From the NCBI RefSeq assembly GCF_009914755.1, contig NC_060926.1: a DNA stretch of 64,000 nt; one strand, written 5' to 3'. The stretch is from the human T2T-CHM13v2.0 reference genome, Homo sapiens. Under the pieces are notes generated by a model, which saw nothing but the letters and a program-made list of their open reading frames with translations, searched no databases and was not told the DNA's origin. Both the position numbers and the translations under genes were made by a program. Below are positions 16,888-34,826 of this stretch, one piece after another; the stretch's first letter is position 1, and each line of letters starts with the position of its first letter.

Positions 16888-17180
16888 AATATCAGGAATA
16901 GATTTGGGTACAAATAACTGAAAATCCTAAGATAATAATGACTTAGGCACAACAAGATGGCTGCTAAAGCACTTCCCTTTTAAACACAAGTTTTAGAAGT
17001 CACATTTGACCATTTGGTTTACCTCTTCTTGACCAGAACTTAATTATGAGGCCAAATAAGCTTCAAAGGAAGATGTAAAATGTGCAATTTAATCTATGGG
17101 GCTATGTGATTAGTTCAAAATATAATGGCTTTATTATTGAGGATTAAAGAGAGAATATTGGGAAACAGCATCTTTCCACA
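16888..17180 (-). mobile_element. MaLR LTR remnant (MLT1J/K-like)
   Basis: caagatggctgc, tgaccagaacttaattatg, ends ...ttccaca. Confidence 0.5.
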
Positions 17181-17927
17181 AATATAATTACATTTTGAAA
17201 ACCGAGTTCCTCAGTTTTCTCAGTTAAGGGACAGCTTCTTTGCCAAACTGTTCATATTATTTGCATATCTAAATATTTAATTTCAGTTATTAGTGTTGTG
17301 TTATTTAATTGCCTTGCACGCAAAAAATGGACTGATTTCTCAAAAATGATTACATGGCAAAAATAGAATTAAAATATTAACATCAGAACTCCAGTTCAGG
17401 CACTAAATTTAAATTGACATAAGTTGGTAGAAAGGACTCTGCTAGTGCCATAATTTAGGGGAAGCTCCTAACTACGGAAATGTGTGAATAGGAAGTATGG
17501 CAGTGAACACTAGTGTTCAGATTTGATTGGACTGATGATCTACTGACCCCCTAGTCACCTGTTAGGAAACTGTAAAAATAAGCTACCCAAATATGAAATT
17601 GATGATTCTTTTTTCCCGAAAGGCAGAAGTTAAAACCCTTCAGATGTCATTTAGAATTTCAATCCTTTGTGTGACACAAGTCACATTATTACTGAGAAGC
17701 TTGTCAACCAACCCAAACTCTTACGATAAATGGGTGTAGAGGGGAAGCAGATTAATTATTGGCAAAACCTCTTTGTTAAATGACATTTTTTGTTCAATGA
17801 CACATCACACATTAGTAGCCATCAATGTGTAAGTACAGTCACTATTTTATGTACTAATATTTTTCTCCCAGTAAAGCACAAGAACTGGGGTACAGAGACT
17901 GAATCACAGTTCAGAATATATTAATTA

Positions 17928-18060
17928 CATGCATTCATTCATTTATTTGTTCATTCAACATACATTTTTTCAGGGCCAAGAGTTATTCCAGGCAATGGAA
18001 ATATGGCAGTTAACAAAAGAAATAAGCTCTTACCATCATAGAACATATAATTCTAATGAC
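17928..18060 (-). mobile_element. L2 3' end
   Basis: cattcattcatttatttgttcattcaaca terminal motif. Confidence 0.65.
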
Positions 18061-19027
18061 AGAGAAATGCTTGATGACTTTTACCACTATTTATCTCTTA
18101 TGACCCTGTGTTACATGAAAAGGAAGTGATTGCTGTGAGCATTCTTGTGTAGGCTGAGCAAGGTGAATTAGGATTTTTAGAGAGAGTGAAACAGTTTTTG
18201 GTTGGGGCAAGAGTAGCATTGCTATGTATATAAGAGTTTACCTGGATACTTGTCTATCTTCTGCTTTACTTCCAAGAGCATTTCCTAATCAATAGTATAC
18301 GTCCTGGTGGTGATTAAGAGATGAAGGAAGTAGTCAAAATTGTGACTAGGATGGAATTGCAGTCATTGAGTTTCTATGTTAGTGTTCTGGGCAAAGAAAT
18401 ACAATACAGCTTTCTCCCTACTCCTTCCCAATGGCAAGGGGGTCACACAAGATTACCTGAAATATGGAATAAAAACATCTTTTTATGGACAGTAGATTGA
18501 CTCTTTTTTATATTAAGTGGCATGATCAGTTGGTGTTTCTTTATGATATTTAGTGTCTTGAGTAGTGTGGCCCTATCTTTGTATGGCTGCAATATTACTG
18601 TATTTAACATTAAGGATAAATTATTGGAGATTTTGAAGAAGACTGAATAGTGATACAAATGGTTGTTACCAAGAGTTATATTTTTTCTCCATTATTTGAT
18701 TTTCTTTATTTGAATAAATAAATCGAATAGCTTATGTACAAATCAGTGCAAATGCTGCAGCAGGATATAAAAGTGCATTTCTTTACGTTGAAGGAAATGG
18801 TTAGCTTTGCTTTAAATGTGACGAGTTTTTCAACTGAAAGTAGACATAAGGGAGAAGTCTCTCCATAATTCCCAGGTCTACATTTGCTCCAAATATTCCC
18901 AACTCTCTGAGAGAGGCACGCCAGACTTGCCGTCATTCCTAATGTTTTATAATGGTAAAGAAGGGCTTTCTAATTTAGATGAAATAGAGTAAGAAAAGAA
19001 ACTGAATGGATATGGAATCCGATTTTT

Positions 19028-19859
19028 TAAAAATTTTAGATTTAGGGGGTTCCTGTGCAGGTTTGCTGCATAAACTGCATGACTCTGAGGTTTGGGCTTC
19101 TAATGATCCCATCACACAAGTAGTGAATAGTGTACTCAATAAGTAGTTTTTCAACCCTTTTCCTCCTTTCTTCCCTCCCCTCCTTTGGAATCTCGTGTTT
19201 ATTGTTCCATCTTTGTGTCCATGTATATCCAATGTTTAGCTCCCACTGTTAAGTGAGAACATGCAGTATTTGGTTTTCTGTTTCTGCATTAATTTGCTTA
19301 GGTTAATGGCCTTCAGCTGCATCCATGTTGCTGCAAAGGACATCATCTCATTCTTTTTATGGCTGTGCAGTATTCCATGGTGTATGTGTACCACATTTTC
19401 TTTATCCAGTCCACCGTTTATGGGCACCTGGGTTGATTCTATGTCTTTGCTGTTGTGACTAGTGCTGCCATAAATATATGAATGCAAGTGTCTTGTTGGT
19501 AGAATGATTTATTTTCCTTTGGGTATATACCCAGTAATGGGGTTTCTGGGTTGAATAGTTGTTCTATTTTTAGTTCCTTGAGGAATCTCCAAACTTGTTT
19601 CCACAGGGACTAACCTCATTTGCATTCCCACCAACAGTGTGTAAGTGTTCTCTTTCCTCCACAACCTTGCCAACATTCTTTTTGACCTTCTTATAGTAGC
19701 CATTCTGACTAGCGTGAGATGGTATCTCATTGTAGTTTTGATGTGCGTATCTCTGATTAGTGATGTTGAGCATTTTTTTTCATATGTTTGTTGGCTGCTT
19801 GTAGGTCTTCTTTTGAGAAGCATCTTTGTCCTCTGCCTACTTTTTAATGGGGTTATTTT
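19028..19859 (-). mobile_element. 5'-truncated L1PA15/16-like element
   Basis: Old L1PA 3' UTR and decayed ORF2 C-terminus; degenerate TSD tggaatc(c/t)gat(t/c)ttt at ~19013 and ~19860. Confidence 0.9.
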
Positions 19860-20209
19860 GGAATCTGATCTTTGGCTCATGTCAGATAAAGATACCTTTG
19901 TGAAAGATTGCAAACAGCAAATCTCTTGCTGATATGAAACTAGCGATTTTAAAACTTTTAATTTTTATTTAAAATTCAGATGACTTTTTTTAAACAAAAG
20001 ATTGGTGACTGTATGCTGAGTGCTTTTGAAGTAGTCTACAAATCCCTTCAGTTTGAGAAATACTACTCTTGGCAGAAGAACAGAAATAAGATACATAAAA
20101 GACAATATGAGGAAACAAGAAAAGTCAGAGTTGGGCATATAAAACTTCAGGGAATAGTGGTGGGCCCAGATGTTGTTTAAGGAGTAAATGTAAAGTTTAC
20201 AAGTATTTA

Positions 20210-20624
20210 ATGTTCTGGTTATCTGTGAGGTAACAAACCACTTCAAAACCTAATGGCTTAAGATGACAACTATTTATCTCACAAATCTTTGTGTTGGCTG
20301 TGTGCTGCTTTGTTCAGTTGGGGCCACACCATATGCATTCAGCCTAGCTTAGCAGAGGCCTCTTGGTTTTCCTCCATGTGGCAGTGTCTCATCCTCCAGG
20401 GCCTCTCCAAGTGGTATCTCTCTAGTTGGACTTACTTTTAAAGCATGGCAGCTGAGCCCCAAGATGGGTGTTCCAAGAAGGAAACCCGAAAGCTCAGTGC
20501 TTGCTTAAGGTCACTTGGCTAAAACAAGTCATGTGCCCAAGCCCAGAGTCAGTATGAGAAGCACAAAGGCATGAATCCCTAAGGCATGTTTCACTGGGAT
20601 CTACCAGTGAAACAGTCTACCACA
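20210..20624 (-). mobile_element. MaLR LTR (MLT1H-like)
   Basis: taacaaaccacttcaaaacctaatggcttaag start, cagtctaccaca end. Confidence 0.75.
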
Positions 20625-20764
20625 AGTGTGGAAAGAAAGAAGCCTGTCATTGCAATGTTTATATTTCTTATCAAACCTGAAGGACATTCTATCTTGGAAA
20701 TGGGACAAGTTCACACTGTGATGGTTTGAATGTCTATGAATGTGATAATCAGAATATTTTAAAG

Positions 20765-20931
20765 CAGTGGCTCTCAACTTCGGCTGCACAGAAGAATCAC
20801 TTAGGGGAACACTGAAAACTGCAGGTGCTTTAGATTGCAAAGGCCAATTAAATAACGTTTCTCCAGGTATGAGTATATTTTAAGGCTCTTTGGCAGATTT
20901 CTAAAGTGCCATCAAAGTTGAGACAGCACTG
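20765..20931. mobile_element. MER5B
   Basis: cagtggctctcaacttcggctgcacagaagaatcac ... aagttgagacagcactg. Confidence 0.75.
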
Positions 20932-21509
20932 TTGTTTCTGAGATTGACTTGAAGGAGGACAGCCATATATTTTCTTTGCACCACTGTTAGAATGCTTGCT
21001 TAGATGTGCAGTGAATAAAGGATCAAGCGTGGCATTCTTTATGATTCTTGTTTGGCTCCGTGGTTATGATTTCTTCCAGTGAGATACCATCTCAATCATA
21101 TTTCTCCCCTTAGAACCCTAAAATAGTTAAGTATTTTCTCAAGTGGCCTTACAATATTTCTTATGGATATATCTGATTTGAGTTCCTCAGTTGTCCTTCT
21201 CTGATGTTCTTGTTTCTTATTCATATCTCATATAGACTTGTCACCCTTCTGTGTCTGTGTCACTTCAAATTATTTGATCCTTACTGTCCTTCCACATCTC
21301 AGTCAGAGCAGATGCCTTCCTAATATCTAAGCTATCAGGCACTTTTTCCTGATTGTCCTTCTTCTTGTAATGTTCTCATAATAATTCTTCATGACTGCAG
21401 TTACTCAAATGAGTTCTATAATTCAACACCTTTTTGGTTCCTCTGAACACATAAAATTAAAATTTAAATGCATAAACTTTCCTATCTGATTGGCCACACC
21501 TTTAAGTTT

Positions 21510-22110
21510 TTTGTAGTGTTAATTTATTTCAAAATGTAGTATGTATACCTGGTAAAGTAAAACTTTTCAAATAAGTATAAATTAAAAAGGAAATCTCTTT
21601 CCATGGCGCACCCACAGTTTCATTCCATGGAGGAAACTATTAGTGCTTGTTTGTGTATTCTTCCAGAAATGTTTTTATATACCATAATATACATATTTAA
21701 AAATATAGCAGTGTTTTTAAGCATAATGTATTGTTTTGAACCTTTAAAATTATTTGATATATCTTGGAGATTTTGTCATATCAGTGGTTTTAAAAATGTC
21801 ATTATAGTTCACTATATGGCCATACCATAATTTATTTAAATGTTCCTCTGTTGTTAACATTTGCATGCTTTTAAGTGTTATTTCCAACACATATCTTTCT
21901 GTAAATGTATAAATTACTAGTGGGGAATTGCTGGGTCAAATAGTCTGTTTCCTTGGATTTTGATACCTATTGCCCAAGTGCCTTCCAAAGAGATGCCACT
22001 AATTTTATATTCCCACAACTGTTTATGTGATTATACCTGTTTTCTTATATCCTCATCTGCATCTGCACAGGATTTAAACCAAATTTTATTTTTTGCTTTA
22101 GTTTAGGCCT
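21510..22110 (-). mobile_element. L1ME 3' region
   Basis: tttgtgtattcttccagaaatg, ggaattgctgggtcaaa, tattgcccaagtgccttccaaa motifs. Confidence 0.7.
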
Positions 22111-23189
22111 TTACTATCTCTTGTCTGGTCTAATGTAATCTGTTTTTTGTTTACCCTCTTATAGACATTAGCAGAGTCTGGAACATATAGAAGATTACCT
22201 ATGAATGTTAGAATGATAGATTTTACTGAATTGTAGGACATAAAATTTCTGCTTTTGTTAATCAGTAACAAATATCCAATGAAATATAAATACTGCATGG
22301 TATTACTCTGAAAACAGAACCCATGCTGAGCATTAAAGTAGCCAAATAGTCTAACAGGCATTATATGTTTTTTAATTAGTTTAAGTTTTTATATTTTTGA
22401 GTTAAAAATCCCAGCAAAGTCCTAGAAATAATGCTTGTATGATATTTTTCACCTTAGTGGGTTGTAACATACTCAAAGAGGAAGAATACATGAATTTTCA
22501 TTAGAAATAGTGATATGAAGAGTTGATATACATGAAATTAATATTTATTTTTGAATCGTGTTAAAAGCATTTTTGCTTGTATTGATTTTTGTGGGGATTT
22601 TCTCTTGTATACAAACAATGGAATAAATCATGACAAAAAGCTTAACATATGTAGTATAATATTTCATAAAGTCAGAAGAAATTATAGCTTATATAATGAA
22701 AAACTGACATTGAGCAGTATTTTATTATATTGTGATTAAAAAATCATGACTTTACAAATTACATTTCATATCTGGCTCCTGTAGTTTTTCTTTTAATATA
22801 TTGAAACTGTTTTATTAATAAGGAAGTTTCAACTTCTTGGGAACCCTTTACTTTGAGGCAAATACAGTTTTCCTGGTTCATTATTAAACTTATCTCTCTT
22901 TTAAATACCTTGCCAATTTTTGAGAGTGGTGGAAGGTGTGGAAAGCTCTATGTTCTTTAGAGTTTGAAGAAATATTTATTGTGTTAGGTATATTAATAGA
23001 AAATTATTTACTTTTCGTAGGTGAAAGTACTGTGCTATAAAATGTCTCTCCTTTTCAAAATTTGCATTATCCATCATTAATTCAAGTGAAGTAGTACTTT
23101 CAACATGGAATTGTGAAACTGAAGTTGTTCACTTTCTATTTAGAAGTTACTTCTGTTCAAGGATATTTCTTTTTACCTGTTGCAGAAGA

Positions 23190-23430
23190 GCATCTTAATA
23201 GCTGCCACATTTGTTGACTATTTTCTATATGCCAGTATTTGCACTAGACATTTTACAGATATTCTTTTATTTAATCTTTACAATAGAACCTTTAAAGGGT
23301 TATTATTGCATTTATGGCTGACAAGAGTAAAACTCCAACAGATTAAGTAACTTGGCCAGTGATGACACAAACTTGTTAGGGGTGGAGCTGGGATGCAAAC
23401 CTAACTCCAATGTCCACAATCATTGTATGG
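23190..23430 (-). mobile_element. MIR
   Basis: tatgccagtatttgcactag...ttaagtaacttggccagtg...ggagctgggatgcaaacc. Confidence 0.7.
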
Positions 23431-24350
23431 CCAAGGATGACTTTCATGGGATTGAATTTTAGCCAACAGATCAAAATTCTAAAGAATTTATTTTAGTGTT
23501 TCATCATCTTCTCAAACCTTCAGCTTCATTAAGGTTCAGTAATTAAAAATGGGAATAACCACATTTTATGATCCTTGTTAGAATACAGATCACTAAAAGG
23601 CACACCATTCAGTTTCCTTGCTGAAAGAGTAGTCACCAAGATAGTCTCCTAAGTTGAGAGCAGAGGCAGATATTAATAATGTCAAGTTGCTCAATCAGTC
23701 CTTAAGCTGTGTGGCTTTTAAGGAATTGGATTCAAGAATGTGAATTCAGTTGTGTGGCCACTTCTGGGTTGGCTATATTTTCCCATTTATTAAATTCACC
23801 CATAGTTGTTTTTTTTTAAATAAGGGGAGCTTGCATTTCTACCTAAAAATTACAAAAAAAAAAAATAGATTTTTCATGGTTTCTTTGAAATGTAATTTCT
23901 TACCATGATATCTTCAATTATCACAGTTTAGATGTATTACAATATAAAAATCTTTGCTTAGAAAGCTTACGTCTTTGAATGTTCATCTGGATTTTATGTT
24001 AAGAGAAGAAATTTTCCTTTATTTTGGCTTTAATGAAAGACCATGTCAAACAGTGATTTATCTGACATGTAAATAGTTATAAGCCTTGTTTTAATTTTAT
24101 ATTTTAAAACACAAATGTAGTCCGTGGTATAGTTATAATATGCATTATATATGTTGCCCTAGTGTCATGATATTTTTATGAATCAGGCTTTCAATTTCAA
24201 AAATCAGCTTTTGCTTTTTTATGCTCCTGGGTTGGATACTGTCATTGTCTTTAATATCTAAGGAAAATGTCTCTTCTTGCCATTGAGCCCACAATTTTCT
24301 TTTTAAAAAAAATCAGATAATGCTTATATATTGAATGATAAAGATTTTCT

Positions 24351-24679
24351 TTTCTTTTCCTTCTTTTTCTATTTTTTTTTTTTTTTTTTTTTTTGAGATG
24401 GAATCTTGCTCTGTCACCCAAGTCGGAGTGCAGTGGCACAATCTCGGCTGACTGCAACCTCTGCCTCCCAGGTTCAAGTGATTCTCCTGCCTCAGCCTCC
24501 TGAGTAGGTGGGAGTACAGGCACGTGCCACCATGCCCAGCTAATTTTTTGTAGAGATGGGGTTTCACCATGTTAGTCAGGATGGTCTCGATCTCCTGTCC
24601 TTGTGATCTGTCCACCAATCCACCCGGCTTGGCCTTCCAAAGTAATAGGATTACAGGCATGAGCCACGGCGCCCAACCC
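24351..24679 (-). mobile_element. Alu (Sc/Y-like) with small internal deletions
   Basis: ttagtcaggatggtctcgatctcctg diagnostic; aaagattttct on both flanks. Confidence 0.93.
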
Positions 24680-24967
24680 GAATGGCAAAGATTTTCTAAA
24701 GCTAGATCAGATAAATTTCTAGCAGCTCAAGAGGCAGGATTTCTATGAAGTTAGAAGTAAATTTAAATTTAAGCCTTGATTCATCTATAGACAGATATTT
24801 GCATTGAATTAGGAATTAGGTGTACATTGATTTTTTAAAGGTGTCAATTAAACAGTATGGGAATTGGAGTTTTAATTTGTTTCTTTTAATGTCTCAGGTC
24901 AGGCAATGACTTTTTCCCATTTGTTATTGTTTTGAATCTTATATGTTTTCTTTAGTGTGATGATTAG

Positions 24968-25339
<372 letters not shown>

Positions 25340-26245
25340 TTAGGTTCCCTCTATTGCCCTCTGCCTCATATTGTATAACCCTATAACATAGCTATATGAT
25401 TTCTTCCTAAATATGCATCTCAGGGCTTGACCTACCAGGGACAGCATGGATTGTTAACTGCTTTCCGATGTTGACAGCACTGCTGTTGTTCTATCCACCT
25501 AAATCTGATTTAGCTAAAACAAAGGCAGTATATCTGCTACCTTAAGTTATTATATATAGATTCAGTTTGCTTTGTGTTTGTTCTTTTAATTTGGTTTTAC
25601 AGATTAAAGGTTTGACTCTATCTGATTATTTTGTGTAAATGCATTTTTCAGGTCTGATGCATAGGCAACTTTGCCTAAATAAATTAGCTTCCTGGCTGGA
25701 TTAGCAAAAGACTCAAAATTCTTCAAAATATAGGAGTAATTTTTTTCCGAAGAGCTACTAAAGTGGTTTCCATTAAACTGGGGAAAAATGAATATTAAAA
25801 AAAGGAAAATTGATTTATAAAAGATTATAGCACTTTCTGAACTTATTCCATAGAGGAGATAAACAGTGCATTTTTACTCCCAATAATAGAAGTGACTGAC
25901 GCATAGCCTCAGTTTTTTCTTAAAACATGTTTCATGTGCACATAATGCCAGACAGTCCTGAACAATATGTGGAGCACTATCAAGGATAATTCTCCTGTTT
26001 AAACATTGAATCTCCTGTGCCTGGTGTATATATGTGATAAATGCACTGTGCCATTTATTCACCTTCAATACATGTGTATTTTTATTTTGGAAAGATAATG
26101 TGTATGATTGTTGATTAGACCAACTTTTCTTCCATGCTTATAGAATAGAGTGAAATTTTTAATCTATGTAATACTTAGAAAATGAATATGTGGTCTATTC
26201 TTATGATATTTACTTTTTTGAGACCAAGTTTCTTTTTTGTGGAAT

Positions 26246-26800
26246 TGTAGCAGTCTCTCATTGCCTGAGGTATACCCTAAATTCTTTGTCCCATGACCAA
26301 GAAAATTAAGGAGTGTGGACACTAAGGGTGAGGCTGTAGCAAGAGTTTAATGAGTGAAAGGAGAAAGCTCTCCACCACAGAGAGAGGGCCCCAAAGAGGG
26401 TTGCTGTTTTACAGTTGAATATAGAGGCTTTTATGAGAAATCAGTGAAAGCTGGGCATCTCATTTGCATAAGGCATGAATTTCTGGTAGCTCCACCGCAT
26501 CCTTCTAGTGTGCATGCAAGCCCTTAGCTTGAGTTACTCCATAGTTACTCCATACTGCTTTGTTTCCTTTAAGGTACATGTGTCAGGGGATGGAATTTTC
26601 CATTGTGAGCATGTCTGGGCAAATCTCCTGTGTAGCCTTTCTTATCTATGTGGCAGTGGGCATGTCTTAAGCAAGTTCCCCCGTGCAAATTCCCTTTTCT
26701 GTGCCTGCAGCTTGATTTCTAAGCTCGTTTTTTGTTTGAAAGAATTTTACCGAGGACCCACCCTAACTGCCTGCCTGACCATTTCCTTCCTCCTCTCTCA
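26246..26800 (-). mobile_element. ERV1 solo LTR, MER61 family
   Basis: TG...CA termini, 4-bp TSD gaat (26242-26245, 26801-26804); reverse strand starts tgagagaggaggaaggaaatggtcaggcaggcagttagggtgggtcctcgg as in the recalled MER61 consensus. Confidence 0.88.
26658..26678. promoter_or_regulatory. Consensus p53 response element in the MER61 LTR
   Basis: GGGCATGTCT-t-AAGCAAGTTC = two perfect RRRCWWGYYY half-sites with a 1-bp spacer; occupancy not shown. Confidence 0.65.
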
Positions 26801-26967
26801 GAATGATTTCTTCACAGTTTTGATAGAAGTTTTACTAAGATTGAAAGAAAACAAACTTTGAATAAATAGATGCACACACCATGTAACTGGATGTTAGTAC
26901 TGAATTTTATCATGATATTAATCTGGGCAAGTTGGCTACCTGACCAGCAGGCTGAATCTGGCATGCA

Positions 26968-26970
<3 letters not shown>

Positions 26971-26998
<28 letters not shown>
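26971..26998. repeat. (GT)14 microsatellite
   Basis: Direct reading. Confidence 0.97.
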
Positions 26999-27441
26999 AG
27001 TTAATTTTTTAATTTACATTTGAAATAGGCTTGGACAGGACAGGCATTCTGCAGCTGCCAGTTACCTCCATATTCTCTTATATAAACCTCATATTTAAAT
27101 TCATTCCTTCCCTCCTCCCTCCTGCGCTGGCTCTTAGATTCATTTGAGTTTTTGACAGTTTTGTTTAAATAAATCTAGGAAGGACTGATGCATTTTTTTT
27201 TGTAATTCTGATTAATATTCCAGTGAGACTTTAGAGAAGGGAAGGAACAAATTTACAGGTCATCTGGATCATTTAACTCTTAGAGAAAATAGTTAAATGG
27301 AGATTTACCAGTGTATTTTTTAAATAAGCAAGATGGGATTTGGTTAACTGAGAGAAGAAACTACCTTGCAATATTTAGCTGGCTTGACTGCAGGATAAAA
27401 CAGAGGTCAGTACATTTGTTTCACTGAGCAGATGGTGACTG

Positions 27442-27620
27442 CAGTTGTTCTCAAAGTGTGGTTGCCAGACCAGCATCAGTATCACCTGAGAGGTTGTTTG
27501 AAAAATATTTAGCCCCATCCAAGACCTGCTGAATCAGAAAGCCTGGGGTTGGAGGCCACAGTCTGAGTTTTAACAAGTCTTGCATGGTGTTCTTATGCTG
27601 TCTAAAATTGGAGAACCACT
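27442..27620. mobile_element. MER5A
   Basis: cagttgttctcaaagtgtgg...ccagaccagcatcagtatcacctg...gagaaccact. Confidence 0.88.
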
Positions 27621-27654
27621 CTTCTGCTGAATCTTCTTGCTGCAAGAAGATCAG

Positions 27655-27810
27655 TGGAAGACGTGGTGTTCCCTGGATTGAAGAAATCTGAGTTCTGATC
27701 TTAACCTAGCCTCTTGTCAGCTGTGTGACCATGATTCCTCTAGATCCATATTTCCTAATTGCAAAACAAGAAAATTGTGTTATTTGACTTTCTTCCAAAT
27801 AGTCTGAGGC
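27655..27810 (+). mobile_element. MIR3/MIRc fragment
   Basis: ctgagttctgatcttaac...gctgtgtgacc...tttcctaattgcaaaacaag. Confidence 0.55.
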
Positions 27811-28559
27811 ATTAATAATTTCAAAAGTCTTTTATAGTATTATTTCTTCAAAACAGCATATTTTGGTTTCTTTCATTCTTCTCTCCTATTGCTATGCAAT
27901 AAAAAAAAATTCAGCCTGAAAGAAGTACCATTTAATTTTCTTTTGTTTAAGGGGCTGTGGGAAATTGAAGTAGAACATTTATCAGGTGCCCTTAGGCTAC
28001 AAACTAATAATGGAGGAAATGGCCCTGAATCTTCCTAGCACCTGTGGGCCTTGCCTTAGAAGATGCCTGACAAGGACAGTTGAAATATTTAGTGGTACTT
28101 GATGTGCTAGAGTATGAAACCAAGTGTAATTTCAGCAATTTCGAGCCCATCGAACTTGCCTAGCTAGTGCAGTTAGTATAGCCCACAAATGGTTATGAAG
28201 GAAGCAGTTAATAGTAATGGTTTCCTGTATTACTTGGCATATTTTGAAAGCAAATTAATTTTAAAATTTTACTTTTAATGCTAGCTTATTTGTGATTGTC
28301 TTTCCTCCCAAACTTGATACTTGAATTTGTATTAGGTTTCCACTTTTAAGGCAATTCTATATATTTTGTTTCATATTATTGCCAGTGAAAGCTATCTTAT
28401 AGTATTGTTAGAACAGTGAAACAGAGGTGAAAGTTCTCCTGCTTTATCTGGTCAATACCCAACAACACCTAGAAACTTTCTTCCAAATCTCACTGATTGA
28501 TTTTATGTTAAGTAGTACTTAATACTTATGTGTTTAAAATACATATCAGTACTTACCTG

Positions 28560-28790
28560 TTTTAAAAATATTTAATATTCTCATTATAAAAACAGTAACT
28601 ACCCATTGTAGAAAATTCAAATATTATTGGGGTACATAATATAAAAAGTAAAAGTCCTTTGGAATCCACTTTCTCTACTTTTGCCCACCACCCATGGTAA
28701 CTATTGTCATTAGCCTGAAGTTTGTCATAAGTTCCTTTATATTTTTTTCTAAATTGCACTGTTAAAAATTTTAGTGTACTATACTCTTAA
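28560..28790 (-). mobile_element. L1ME 3' end fragment
   Basis: cattgtagaaaattcaaatattattg...cccatggtaactattg motif. Confidence 0.5.
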
Positions 28791-29214
28791 TGTACTATTG
28801 CTATACCTTATTTCATATTACATTCACAGTCAAAATTTTGATTTCCTTGACAAATCTAAGACAGAATAGCTAGCATATTGGTGAAATTTTGAATTCATAT
28901 TCATCCTCATAACAATGAAATGCAGACATCAGTGCTGTTATAAATAAAAACCAGAGGAACTAAAAAAAAATTTGAGGAAATAATCAGCAAACTAACTTTG
29001 TTATGCTTTGCAAAGTAATTTTTCTAAAGCTTATGAAGTTGAAATATGCCCTTTTGTAAATCAAAAAAAAAAAACAAAAGCAAACATTAGAGATTATACT
29101 GAGGAATTGATTGAGGTAAAATATTATCCAGATTCGGTTTAGAAATTAATGGTAATATTTCTGTAGGAAGGTCTGGACTGGAGTATTCTGCTCTCTGCTG
29201 TTTCTTGTATTTTC

Positions 29215-32846
<3,632 letters not shown>

Positions 32847-33734
32847 TTAAATTGCTAAGATGATCAGTCAACAAATATTTTTGGCAGATCTGCGATGCAT
32901 GATGCGATATTTTGAGAGGTTTGTGCAAGATTTTTATTTCCCTCCTCCTTTGTAGGAAAAGATCCACTACTCATACCTACTGACATCCCCTGGCACTTCT
33001 AGAACCAGCTTACACCCCATCCTCTGCTCACCCTTCTCCCACCTTCCACCTATATTAACACCTGACAGGCACTTATTTCCCTATCAGGAGTCTCTGTAGT
33101 TGTTTTGCCATTGACCAAGATATGTTTAGAACATTTTTAATCTCTTGTGCAATTTTGGCAAACAGCAGCCTGAGCTCTGCTTTTCCTAACAAATAACTTG
33201 CAGATTGTCATGTTTCTCTTGGGAGAAGGAGAAAGGTTCAATCAGAGCAGAATTGAAATGATATAAATTAGGCTTATTGTTTAGCAAATCGCTGGTGTTA
33301 GGTAAGAATTGTAGATAAGAATAGCCTAGACCCTCTTAAAGATCAGAGCAGGCATGTGTGCATGCATGAGGAAACCAGGCCTTTGTTAGTATCCTTTCTG
33401 AAATGGCTATTAAAGTAATTACAGTAATTTATAGATTTTTTTTTCTTCTTCCATTTCAAAATGGGTTCCATTTTTTGCCTTTTGTCTTGAGTTCCTCAGT
33501 TGGAGTGTGTATGTGTGTAAGCATGTCTTGGGTAGCACTGCCATAGATAGTATCTATGAATTATCTGCACCCAAGCTGATGAGGTGTGGTGACCACAGGC
33601 ACTCACAGATGGATTTGCCAGCTTTGCTTTCAGGGAGCCTTGGTCCTTTGAGAATAAGAGAATTGTACTGAGAACACTATGTTTTAATGGTTAGTTATAG
33701 TTTGTCATAGCACCATTTAAAATTGCTGTGTTTT

Positions 33735-33940
33735 ATGGACATAAAGATGGCAACAATAGACACTAAGGAGTACTAGGGCAGGGAAGGAGGGGGGCAAGGG
33801 TTGAAAAACTACCTGTAGGGTACTATGCTCACCACCTGGGTGATGGGATCAATAGAAGCCCAAACATCAGCATCATGCAATACCCATATAACAAACCTGC
33901 ACATATACCCCCTGAATCTAAAATAAAAATTAAAATTAAA
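33735..33940 (+). mobile_element. Short L1PA15/16-like 3' end
   Basis: atggacataaagatggcaacaatagacact...acaaacctgcacatataccccctgaatctaaaataaaa; ttgctgt(g/t)tttta on both flanks. Confidence 0.9.
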
Positions 33941-34826
33941 AAGTTGCTGTTTTTTATTTAAAGAGACACTTTTTCCCATGTCTTTAAAAACACATCCATT
34001 CATACCTATGGATTTTATTATTATACTTTGTTGCTTTTTTATATCATTGATGCTTGTGTATAAGAATGGCAATACTTTATGTGTATGACTTTTAGAGGGA
34101 GACTTTAAAAATTATTGACCACATAAGATGGTATGTGCTTATTGTGCAAGACCTGTAATTTTAATATGCTGGAAAGACAAAAGAAATTTTATGCACTAGT
34201 CTTTTTCTGTATTTGATTTTATAAAGTAACTTGAATAGTTTCAAATCCTAAGGCTTCCTTTTAACAATATATGCTTATTTTACCTTGTCTTTGCATGAAC
34301 AAAACAATTAGTAAAGGTGACTTTCTTCCTAAGAAGTTCATTTTGAATATGGAGATTAGGCAATTTCTAAATAAGCCTTAGAATTAGTATTGCTTACAAC
34401 AGTAGTTATTAATAGTATTATTTATATATAACTTAGTTTTGAATTTAACCAAATGAGATGTTTACTCACATACAGACATTTCACAAGGCAGAAGACGTAA
34501 CATATGTTATTTCCCTTCTTTAGGAGAGTCAGTCCTGAAAGAGTTAAGGTTTTCTTGTTCTGGAGATCAAGCATTGTAACCACAGTAACCAATTTACTGT
34601 TATTTGCTTAGTCCTAGCAGAGAAGAAAAGTCAGAGTTTGGAAAAAAGTCTAATTCATAGACAAGTACAACTGCAATTGATCCCAATACATTAGGATCCT
34701 GAACTGTAATTAACTATTTGTGGTTGTAGGGACCATGGTTTTAATCAAATATTTTGCATTTTATTTTTCAGATGGTTTGACTCCTCAGCAACAATTCAAG
34801 TTTAATGTAAAGAAAGTAGAACACAG

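Noticed and set aside
17504-17519. Perfect 16-bp palindrome tgaacactagtgttca
   Set aside because: About one such palindrome is expected by chance in 64 kb
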